Positions 56,303 to 64,000 of a stretch of 64,000 nt of DNA are shown in pieces. The first letter of the stretch is position 1; each line of letters begins with the position of its first letter. Both the position numbers and the translations under genes were made by a program. The stretch is taken from NCBI GenBank assembly GCA_965215885.1, contig CBDCEW010000095.1, positions 32,001-96,000 on the forward strand, read 5' to 3'. This DNA is from Candidatus Moanibacter sp. GTDB taxonomy: Bacteria > Verrucomicrobiota > Verrucomicrobiia > Opitutales > UBA2987. The notes below the pieces were generated by a model. It was given only the letters and a program-made list of their open reading frames with translations. It made no database searches and had not been told where the DNA came from.

Positions 56303-56759
56303 GGAACCGGCCCTCCCTCAACTGTTTGAACAAGGCCTCGTCATAAATGCTGGAATAGTGCTGGAAATCGAGGGCTTCTTTAATTGCGGCCGCTTCGAAG
56401 ATAATGCGGTCGCGCTCGCTTCGCGCGTAAACCAGCTTCCCGTTGCGCACAACACGGTCCTTGATGATCGAACCCGCCGTGTTGAGAACGACCAAATCCA
56501 TATCCTCCCGCCCGCAGACCTCCTCAAGGGACGTATGCAGCTCGACCCGTTTTCGCCTATCCCGGGCTGCGCCATGTTCAATAAGTACCGCAATATCAAA
56601 ATCGCTCAAGGCGCTTTGGGTTCCTCGAGCATGGGCACCGTGCAGATAAAGAAGGATAACCGGCAAATCCGCGCATGCCCTTGCCAGGGCGGCAACGATC
56701 TGCTCCACTTCATCCGGCTTCAGAACCTTTACTTCTTGCAATGTCGAGTGCAGACGCAT
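56295..56759 (-). CDS. MntA-like minimal nucleotidyltransferase antitoxin
   Basis: LYLHGAHARG..SDFDIAVL..MDLVVLN. Confidence 0.85.
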   Translation of the reverse strand: MRLHSTLQEVKVLKPDEVEQIVAALARACADLPVILLYLHGAHARGTQSALSDFDIAVLIEHGAARDRRKRVELHTSLEEVCGREDMDLVVLNTAGSIIKDRVVRNGKLVYARSERDRIIFEAAAIKEALDFQHYSSIYDEALFKQLREGRFLG

Positions 56760-57190
56760 GGCTTTATTCAAATAGAAAACTCCTTTATCACAAAGACGGT
56801 GTAACACTTTGCCGCGAAACACAATATTCGAGACATCAATGGTCATTGTTGCTGGTTCCAGCTCCTTTCCAGGTCCCCGCGAACTTCACATATACAGGTT
56901 GCATGGCAATGCTCGCACGCAAGCGAGTTTCCCACCCACAGTCTCACTGGTCGGCACAGCCAATCTGCCCCGATTTACCGTAAGGGTAGGAAGCTCGCTC
57001 GCGAGCGACACACACGTCCTTCGATTTCCTCTTGCGCGCAAGCGCGCTTCCTACCCATCGTATGTAGCCGGTCCGCTCAGCGACAAAATAGCTTGGGGAT
57101 TTTCCCTTGCAACCAATTCAGGCGATCGACCCCTCAATTATTGGCTCGAAACCGATCGACCTATTCGCCAATGATAAAGACGAGAACACT

Positions 57191-57520
57191 GTGAATCTTC
57201 CGGACGTGACAGAAAAGGAAAAACATCGATCTGAAGCCGAGATAAAGCTCCTGACAGGCGCTGTACTCACCGGTCCCGGGGAAACGGAACTCGAATTGAG
57301 AAAGGCCATCGAAGCGAGAGTGGCCGAGCTGGGAGGGAGTAGGCGACCGAAATCTGACTCGGACGTGCCTCCAGAACTTGAGAGCTACGTGGATAAGGTC
57401 GGGAGGCACGCTTATAAAGTGACTGATGACGACATAGAGAAACTAAAGAGCGCAGGTTATTCAGAAGACGCGATTTTCGAAATCACCTTGAGCGCTGCCC
57501 TGGGCGCCGGTCCATGGTGA
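57191..57520 (+). CDS. AhpD/CMD-like partner protein (3' end disrupted)
   Basis: YVDKV..HAYKVTDDDIEKLKSAGYSEDAIFEITLSAALGA; the expected tail MGRLERGLTALKG lies out of frame at 57541+. Confidence 0.7.
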   Translation: MNLPDVTEKEKHRSEAEIKLLTGAVLTGPGETELELRKAIEARVAELGGSRRPKSDSDVPPELESYVDKVGRHAYKVTDDDIEKLKSAGYSEDAIFEITLSAALGAGPW

Positions 57521-57586
57521 GACGTTTGGACGGGAACGCTATGGGACGTTTGGAACGCGGACTAACTGCCTTGAAAGGCACCCAAA

Positions 57587-58168
57587 ATGCGACTTAAGAA
57601 AGTTGAAGAGGGACACGGTTTTCTCACGAAACTAAAGTTGGGGCTGTTTGGAGTCGTCGCGCGCAGGAGAGCGCCCGATGTCGTGAGGACCCTGTTTTAC
57701 AGGCCCGAGTTTTTCGGAGAGCATTATAGTGAGATTCTACAGGACGTGATGCGGGGGGATTCAGACTGGACGGTGGGGGAGCGGGAACTATTCGCAGCCT
57801 ACGTGTCGAAAAAGAATCAATGCCTCTTCTGAACGGGAGCACACGGCGCAGTTGCGTCGAAGGTCATGGGAGACTCCATCGTAAACGCGGTCCTGGAAGA
57901 CGCATCCACCGCGCCCATCGATGATAAGCTGCGAAGCACTCTGCAGTTCCTTGAAAAATTGACCTTGACGCCGGAGAAGGTCGGACCGGAAGACATCAGA
58001 CCGATGAAGGAAGCCGGAGTCAGCGATCGGGCCATTGCGGACGCCATCTACGTCTGCATATTGTTCAACATCATTGACCGAATCGCCGATTCCCTCGACT
58101 TTCAGGTTCCGGAACCGAAGGAATTTTCCCGCGCCGCCACCTTTCTACTCAAGCGCGGTTACCGATAG
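57587..58168 (+). CDS. AhpD-like peroxidase-related protein, probable selenoprotein (CxxU)
   Basis: ORFs 57587-57832 and 57866-58168 share a frame and are separated only by TGA at 57830-57832: ERELFAAYVS..NQCLF-TGA-TGAH. Confidence 0.8.
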
Positions 58169-58432
58169 AACGGAATAGGAGTCGACTTCGGCCGCCGGCG
58201 GGAAACGGATTGGCGAAGATTTGGCCCGCTGATGCAGTAGCCATCCCACTGTTACTTGCGTTAATCGACAGATGAAGGACGAAAACTCAACACAGTCTCT
58301 AATCGATCACGGCAGATTGAGTCACTGACAGGCGCAGTGGTATGGGGCGAAGCCCACCGTGGGAATACTCTTCCTCTTTTTTGAAGCTTCTGTTGACAGT
58401 CTATTCCTGATTAGCGAGAAGATCCAATTTCA

Positions 58433-59440
58433 ATGGAAACCAAGATGATTCGAGTGGCAATAGTCGGAGCCGGCGGCATCGGTAAAAAGCACGCGGCCTG
58501 TTATGAAGAAAATCCCCATACCGAAGTGGTGGCATTTTGTGACCTCGTCAAGGAACTCGCGGACAAGGCGGCGGAACCCTACGGTTGTCCCACCTTCACA
58601 TCGGTGGCCGAACTGCTCGACTCGAATGTGGAAATAGACGCCGCCGGTGTTTGCACGGCCGGGGAAGAGAACGGCAGCCATCATTACGCGCCGACCATGG
58701 AACTGCTCAATGCGGGTATTCCGGTACTGGGCGAAAAGCCGATCTCGAACAATGTCGACGAGGCGAAGGAGATGGTTGCGCTGGCCAGGCAAAAAGGGCT
58801 TCGCTACGCCATCAATCTCAATCATCGATTCACTCCGGCGGCGCTACGGGCGCGCCAATGGCTCGATGAAGGGCGAATCGGGGAGATGAATTTTATCAAC
58901 ATGCGGATGTGGATTAACAATAAAAAGGAATCCAGCGAACATTTCCACATGCGCGCGCTTCATCCCCACTCTCTGGATGTAATGCGCTATTTCGCCGGCG
59001 ATGTAAAAAGAGTGCACGCGTTCTTCAAAAAGGGAGAAGGAAGGAAAATCTGGTCCAACGTCCAGGTAAACCTTCAATTCGAAAACGGCGTCATCGGCCA
59101 CCTCCTGGGTAGTTACGACGGTGGCGGACCCGGGACACCATGGGGTCTCGAAACATGCGAGATTGTCGGTTCGCAGGCACGCATAATCATTGAAGAAGCC
59201 TGTGAAAATCTGATCTTCAGTCCCCGATTTTCGCTCGAGAAGGAGTCTTATGAACATCTGAGCGGCATGAAGAATTTCGGAGAGACCTTTCAATCCCGTA
59301 TCGACGCCTGGGTCGATGATCTTCGTAACGAAACCGCTCCCGACCAGGTAAACGCCAGGGCGGAGGACGCCCTCAAGGTCCAGCTGATCATCGAGGCCGC
59401 TATTCGAAGCTGGTCCGATGGAACGGTCGTGGAAGTCTAG
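58433..59440 (+). CDS. Gfo/Idh/MocA oxidoreductase
   Basis: VAIVGAGGIG, GEKP, NHRF. Confidence 0.92.
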   Translation: METKMIRVAIVGAGGIGKKHAACYEENPHTEVVAFCDLVKELADKAAEPYGCPTFTSVAELLDSNVEIDAAGVCTAGEENGSHHYAPTMELLNAGIPVLGEKPISNNVDEAKEMVALARQKGLRYAINLNHRFTPAALRARQWLDEGRIGEMNFINMRMWINNKKESSEHFHMRALHPHSLDVMRYFAGDVKRVHAFFKKGEGRKIWSNVQVNLQFENGVIGHLLGSYDGGGPGTPWGLETCEIVGSQARIIIEEACENLIFSPRFSLEKESYEHLSGMKNFGETFQSRIDAWVDDLRNETAPDQVNARAEDALKVQLIIEAAIRSWSDGTVVEV

Positions 59441-59997
59441 TCCGCTTATTTCGCAAAATAGGCGGGCTAGAAAGCGAACGCTGGAATAGAAAAGAAACCA
59501 CGGATTACACTGATTGCACGGATGGCACATCCCGCTGAGCGGCACTATTCATCAGACTCTGCTAGATTGGCATTCGGAAATGGAAAACAGGGAATTGACT
59601 ATACTTAGAGACCGATGCAGGAGTCTACTTCGCCTCTCTGCTGTATGGCAGAGCCTGAAGCGCGAAAAAGAGCATTCCCAAGAGCGCTTACGCACCATTA
59701 GCCAACCAACAGCGCTCTTGGAAATGCTCTTCGTTGCCCTTCATTCATTCGCTGCTCCCTCTAATTCTCCACTTTCACTCTTTCCACCCGTGGTACTGCG
59801 GAGCCATCCGTGGGCATCCTCCTCCTCTCTTATTACTCTTCGTTTCCTTCTGTTAAACTCTCCGTGGTTTTCTGTGCTTCCCACGGCACGGCGCAGCGGA
59901 GCGGAGACGGCTCCGTCGTCCTCTGTACATCCTCCGTTGCTTTAGCGAAGGAGGGATGACCCCTCTTTCTTTCTTCAGTATATCGACATAACTCAAA

Positions 59998-60795
59998 ATG
60001 AGAATCGGCATCAACTCAGTCCTCTTCGGCGGTTACGACATGGAGACCGCCTTCAAATATACCGCGCTCTGCGGCTACGACGGGATCGAAGTCTCCGCCA
60101 TAAAAAGCATGAGCGAACACCTCGTCATCAATCAGTGGCGAGAATGCGCTCCCGAGGTCAAACGGCTCGCCGGTGAATATGGCCTCGAACTCCTCGCGAT
60201 GGAACAACCCTCCACCGATCCTGATACTATGGAGTCCGCCATGCAGGCCGCCGTGGAGACCGGAATTCCGATTATCAATTGCGGCCCGGGCGGTTCAACC
60301 GATGACCCCTTTTCCATTCAGGGGACCATCGATACTTTGGGTAAACTCTCGGAGCGAGCGGAGCATTACGGTGTAACCCTTTGCGTAAAGGCACATGTTG
60401 GAAGAGCGGTTTACAACACTCCGACCTCGCTGCAAGTTCTCGAAGCAATAGATTCGCCCGCCTTTGGACTGGATATGGACCCGAGCCATATCCACCGGGC
60501 AAACGAAAATCCCGTCGAAGCGATAGCGGCGGTCGTCCATCGAATAAAGCACATACACATCCGCGACTGCAAAGGCCGCGAGTCTGGCCCGGGTAAACCT
60601 GAGCTGCAGGCGAACGGACGGGGAGACATCGACCTTGTCGGCTATATCCGTGTCTTGCATGAAAACGGTTATACAGGACCGGTAAATCTCGAAGTGATCG
60701 GCGCGAAGGAATACGATCTGCCGGCATGCGTCGCCATTGCGGCGGAGACGAAAGGTCACCTGCAAGCCTGCCTGCAGGCTTGTGGCGCGCGCTAG
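59998..60795 (+). CDS. Sugar phosphate isomerase/epimerase (TIM barrel)
   Basis: GYDGIE, DMDPSH, HIHIRD, GRGDID..GYTGPVNLE. Confidence 0.9.
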   Translation: MRIGINSVLFGGYDMETAFKYTALCGYDGIEVSAIKSMSEHLVINQWRECAPEVKRLAGEYGLELLAMEQPSTDPDTMESAMQAAVETGIPIINCGPGGSTDDPFSIQGTIDTLGKLSERAEHYGVTLCVKAHVGRAVYNTPTSLQVLEAIDSPAFGLDMDPSHIHRANENPVEAIAAVVHRIKHIHIRDCKGRESGPGKPELQANGRGDIDLVGYIRVLHENGYTGPVNLEVIGAKEYDLPACVAIAAETKGHLQACLQACGAR

Positions 60796-60811
60796 GAGTC
60801 TCCGTCACCCA

Positions 60812-61810
60812 ATGAGAAAAGGCATCGGCATCCTCGGTTGCGCCCATGGTCATATTAATTCCTACTGCAACCGCTGGCGGAATGAACTCTCAGACCAGGT
60901 TGAGCTCGTCGCCGGGTGGGACCACGATGCCGAACGTTTGAGAAATGCGGCCGTCACACACGGGTTCGCGGCAAGCGAGTCAGTCGAGCAATTGCTCTCT
61001 CGAGAGGATATTGACGCGATCGTAATCGGTTCGGAAACCGCATTTCATGCCGAGCATGTCGAAGCCGCCGCCGCCGCCAAAAGAACGATTATTTTGCAAA
61101 AGCCGATCGCTCTCACCCTGGAAGAAGCCACCCGGATCGTTACAGCTGTTAATACGAACAGGATCCCTTTTACCATGGCATGGCAGATGCGGGTCGATCC
61201 TGAAAATCTCAAGATGAAGGAACTCGTCGATTTAGGCGTGATTGGTCGCGTCCTCATGGCGCGGCGTCGCCACTGCCTGAAAACCCATCAAATGGCCGGG
61301 TTTGAAGACAGCTGGCACGTCAAACCGGAACTCAATCGCGGAATGTGGGCGGATGACGCCGCTCATGCGATCGACTTCCTTTTATGGATGTTCGGAGCAC
61401 CGAAGACCGTGGTCGCGGAAATTGATACGCTGGTCAACCCCAAGGTTCCTGACGATTCCGGCATCGCTGTTTACCGCTACGCCGATGGGTTGTTCGCTGA
61501 AGTCGTCAGCTCTTTTACCGCCACCGCCGGCGAGAACACGACTGAGATTCTGGGTGAGAAAGGAATCATTATTCAAAATTTCGGAGACCAGCCGAGCGCC
61601 GCGGCGCCAAAACCGAACGGGGCCATCGCTCTTAAGTGGTTTCTCGATGAAGACGACACCTGGCACTACGGCGAATTCGAACCCTGCAGCCGACAGACCG
61701 ACCGAATCGCAGGCCTGGCCGAACCGCTTGCCGAATTTATCAACGGCAAGAGACCGCCCCTCGCGACCGCCGAGGAAGGGCGACGGATCAGAATTTCCGA
61801 TATCGGATAA
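60812..61810 (+). CDS. Gfo/Idh/MocA oxidoreductase
   Basis: IGILGCAHGH, QKP, GMWADDAAHAID. Confidence 0.88.
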   Translation: MRKGIGILGCAHGHINSYCNRWRNELSDQVELVAGWDHDAERLRNAAVTHGFAASESVEQLLSREDIDAIVIGSETAFHAEHVEAAAAAKRTIILQKPIALTLEEATRIVTAVNTNRIPFTMAWQMRVDPENLKMKELVDLGVIGRVLMARRRHCLKTHQMAGFEDSWHVKPELNRGMWADDAAHAIDFLLWMFGAPKTVVAEIDTLVNPKVPDDSGIAVYRYADGLFAEVVSSFTATAGENTTEILGEKGIIIQNFGDQPSAAAPKPNGAIALKWFLDEDDTWHYGEFEPCSRQTDRIAGLAEPLAEFINGKRPPLATAEEGRRIRISDIG

Positions 61811-61834
61811 CTCGAAATCAAAGCGGTATTACAC

Positions 61835-63238
61835 ATGGCACAGAAAAAGAAGACTCGATTCCCCAACATCCTGCTAATCGCTATCGACTCGTTGCGACGG
61901 GATCATATGAGCTGCTACGGCTATGAGCGGCTGACGACTCCACACATCGACCGCTTCGCGGAGGACGGCACGCTCTTTGAGGACACCTTTTCAGCACATA
62001 TTCCGACGACTTCGGCCTATGCCTCCATGCTCACGGGACGCGACTGCTTCGGCACGGAAGTGGTAGCCCTACGGCACAAGGGAGGTCTCACGAAGAAGGT
62101 AACGACGCTCCCTGAAATCCTGAGAAAGGAGGGATTTAATACCACCTGCGTCGGCTTTACCGGAAATCCATCTTCCCGCGGATTCTCGAAGTACCTGGAC
62201 TATACCGCCTGGGGCGACTGGAGCGAACGACCCCTGAGGAAAGCGGAACTGTTGAACGATATGGCGCTCCCCGAGATGGATCGGCTGAACCGATCAAAGA
62301 AACCGTGGTTCATGATGCTCCGGCACATGGATCCCCATGCGCCTTATCTACCGCCTGCGCCCTATGATTGGATGTTTTACGGAGGCAATCCTTGCGACCA
62401 AATAAACAAGAGCATGGAGCCTGTCAGGAAATTCAAACCTTTCGGGGATTTTCACCTTTCATGGATGCCTCCCGGAATCACGGACCGGCACTTCGTCGAC
62501 GCGCAATACGATGGCGCCGTGGCCTACATGGACGCATGCATCGCTGTGATATTCAGGAAACTGGAGGCGCTAGGTATCCTCGATGATACTATCGTGGCGC
62601 TAAACGGCGACCATGGCGAAACCCTCTACGAGCACGATTGCTTTTACGACCACCACGGTCTTTACGAGCCCACCCTGGTCGTGCCCTTAATCATACGCTA
62701 TCCGAAGAAATTGCCCGCGGGCCGGCGCGTCTCCGGAAACAATCAGCACAGGGACCTGGTGCCTACCCTGCTCGAGTTGGCCGGCGTCAAAACCGGTCTG
62801 AAATTCGACGGCCGGCCATTGACGCGCCTGGTCAAGGGACAAGCGGCGAGTTTCGAGTCGGATTTCTACATCACCGAGTGCACCTGGATGCGGAAGCACG
62901 GCTGGCGCACACCGGAATGGAAATTGATAGTCGCGCTCGAGCCGGACTTTCACTTCAAGCCCGAGGTCGAACTCTATAACCTGGTGGAAGATCCGCTCGA
63001 GCTGAAGAACGTGGCCAAGCAACATCCGGACATCGTGGCGCATTTGAAGCAGCGGATGGATGCCCACATTGCTCGAAGAGAGAAGGCGCTGGGCATAACG
63101 AATCCTATGCTTACGCAGGGTGATTGGCACGGGGAGAGTGGAGTGGGGGCATTCAAAACGAGCCGGCAGGCCTATGATACTTTGCATATTGGAACCGCTT
63201 CGGCCGCCCAGCGGCTACAGGCCCAATCCCGCAAATAA
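61835..63238 (+). CDS. Sulfatase-like alkaline phosphatase superfamily hydrolase
   Basis: PNILLIAIDSLRRD, TTSAYASMLTG, DPHAPY, GDHGE. Confidence 0.88.
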   Translation: MAQKKKTRFPNILLIAIDSLRRDHMSCYGYERLTTPHIDRFAEDGTLFEDTFSAHIPTTSAYASMLTGRDCFGTEVVALRHKGGLTKKVTTLPEILRKEGFNTTCVGFTGNPSSRGFSKYLDYTAWGDWSERPLRKAELLNDMALPEMDRLNRSKKPWFMMLRHMDPHAPYLPPAPYDWMFYGGNPCDQINKSMEPVRKFKPFGDFHLSWMPPGITDRHFVDAQYDGAVAYMDACIAVIFRKLEALGILDDTIVALNGDHGETLYEHDCFYDHHGLYEPTLVVPLIIRYPKKLPAGRRVSGNNQHRDLVPTLLELAGVKTGLKFDGRPLTRLVKGQAASFESDFYITECTWMRKHGWRTPEWKLIVALEPDFHFKPEVELYNLVEDPLELKNVAKQHPDIVAHLKQRMDAHIARREKALGITNPMLTQGDWHGESGVGAFKTSRQAYDTLHIGTASAAQRLQAQSRK

Positions 63239-63415
63239 CCCTACCTGCCTGCCGAACTTTATAATTCTATCGGAAGAGTTACTCAGTTTCATTCCGGTCC
63301 CGGCTTGCCGGGACTAAGGAATCTGTCGGTCTCATCTTCGTCGTGATCTACATTTCTCACCCAAGAATTTCGTACTTCAAGGATGTTTGAAAATCTATGA
63401 CCGACAGATTCCTAG

Positions 63416-63589
63416 CCCGAAAATTTCACAAGCCATCTGCTCCAACTGCGGATGTCACAGCGCCTCAAGGACTTCCCTCGTCCGCCGACTTCCACGTGTT
63501 CCAACACGCCGTCACCCGCCGGACTTTGGTAAGCCCCTGATCCGCGGCAACCTCCGCAGTCTCGCTTCGAAGTGTGTGAAATATGCGGG
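63416..63589. mobile_element. 174-bp MITE (IS1380-like ends) with CTAG target duplication
   Basis: Ends CCCGAAAATTTCACA and TGTGAAATATGCGGG; CTAG at 63412-63415 and 63590-63593. Confidence 0.75.
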
Positions 63590-63600
63590 CTAGCTCAATC

Positions 63601-64000
63601 TTGAACGATCCAGAGTCAACCGATTCACATCGACCCTACTTCGGGATCGGTCTCGCCCTCTTTACGACTCTCGCCTGGGGCCTACTTCCTCCGATCCTCA
63701 AGGTTCTCATCTCGGAAGTCGACCCGATCACGCTGACCTGGTATCGCTTTGCGGGATCCGCTACGATCATCGCCGCGGTCAGTGGACGCAGAGAGCTCCA
63801 AAGATTCGCCAATGGGATTAACCTCCTTACGGGGTGTCTGCTGTTCCTCGCCGGCGCAGGGCTCACGGCAAACTATTTTCTATACCTGAAGGGTCTCGAA
63901 CATCTGACGCCCAGCGTGGCGCAAATCATCATGCAGATCGCGCCCTTCTTCGTGCTTCTGGGCGGCGTTTTCATCTTTGGGGAACGGTTCTCCCGTCGGC
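63601..64000 (+). CDS. EamA/DMT-family transporter (partial)
   Basis: GIGLALFTTLAWGLLP..K..VDPITLTWYRF; runs off the window. Confidence 0.85.
   Translation, partial: MNDPESTDSHRPYFGIGLALFTTLAWGLLPPILKVLISEVDPITLTWYRFAGSATIIAAVSGRRELQRFANGINLLTGCLLFLAGAGLTANYFLYLKGLEHLTPSVAQIIMQIAPFFVLLGGVFIFGERFSRR

Noticed and set aside
57518..57520. Second Sec codon in the upstream CMD-like gene
   Set aside because: The homologous-looking tail (MGRLERGL, 57541) is out of frame with this TGA; it looks like a short imperfect duplication or an assembly error.

Overview
Bacterial chromosomal window; gene content suggests PVC/Verrucomicrobiota (Opitutales-like), which is an inference. Left (1-10.4 kb): start of an exopolysaccharide locus (gmd, an in-cis RfaH/NusG paralogue with an exact ops element, GbsR/MarR regulator, WcaJ-like priming transferase, SGNH hydrolase), a large transposase and an oxidoreductase. 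Middle (11.37-46.45 kb): a ~35 kb mosaic, partly decayed island integrated in the 3' end of ssrA (tmRNA) and bounded by a 21-bp direct repeat. It carries an integrase, an IS1595-bounded MTase-HNH pseudogene, two large secreted proteins sharing a ~285-aa C-terminal domain, a DAACS symporter, plasmid RepA/resolvase remnants, a phage-like replication module (SSB, PolA fragment, primase-like, helicase), a DUF499 fragment and an intact two-gene module encoding a Met-Gly-starting partner and a QueC/QatC-like enzyme fused to an extra C-terminal domain. That module is the best candidate for an undescribed system. Right (46.5-64 kb): GIY-YIG genes and toxin-antitoxin relics, a desaturase, IS1380-disrupted algI, a probable AhpD-like selenoprotein (CxxU with a SECIS-like hairpin) and a sugar-catabolic cluster. 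All product calls come from motifs recognised by eye; no searches were run. Many single-base frameshifts could be real decay or assembly errors.
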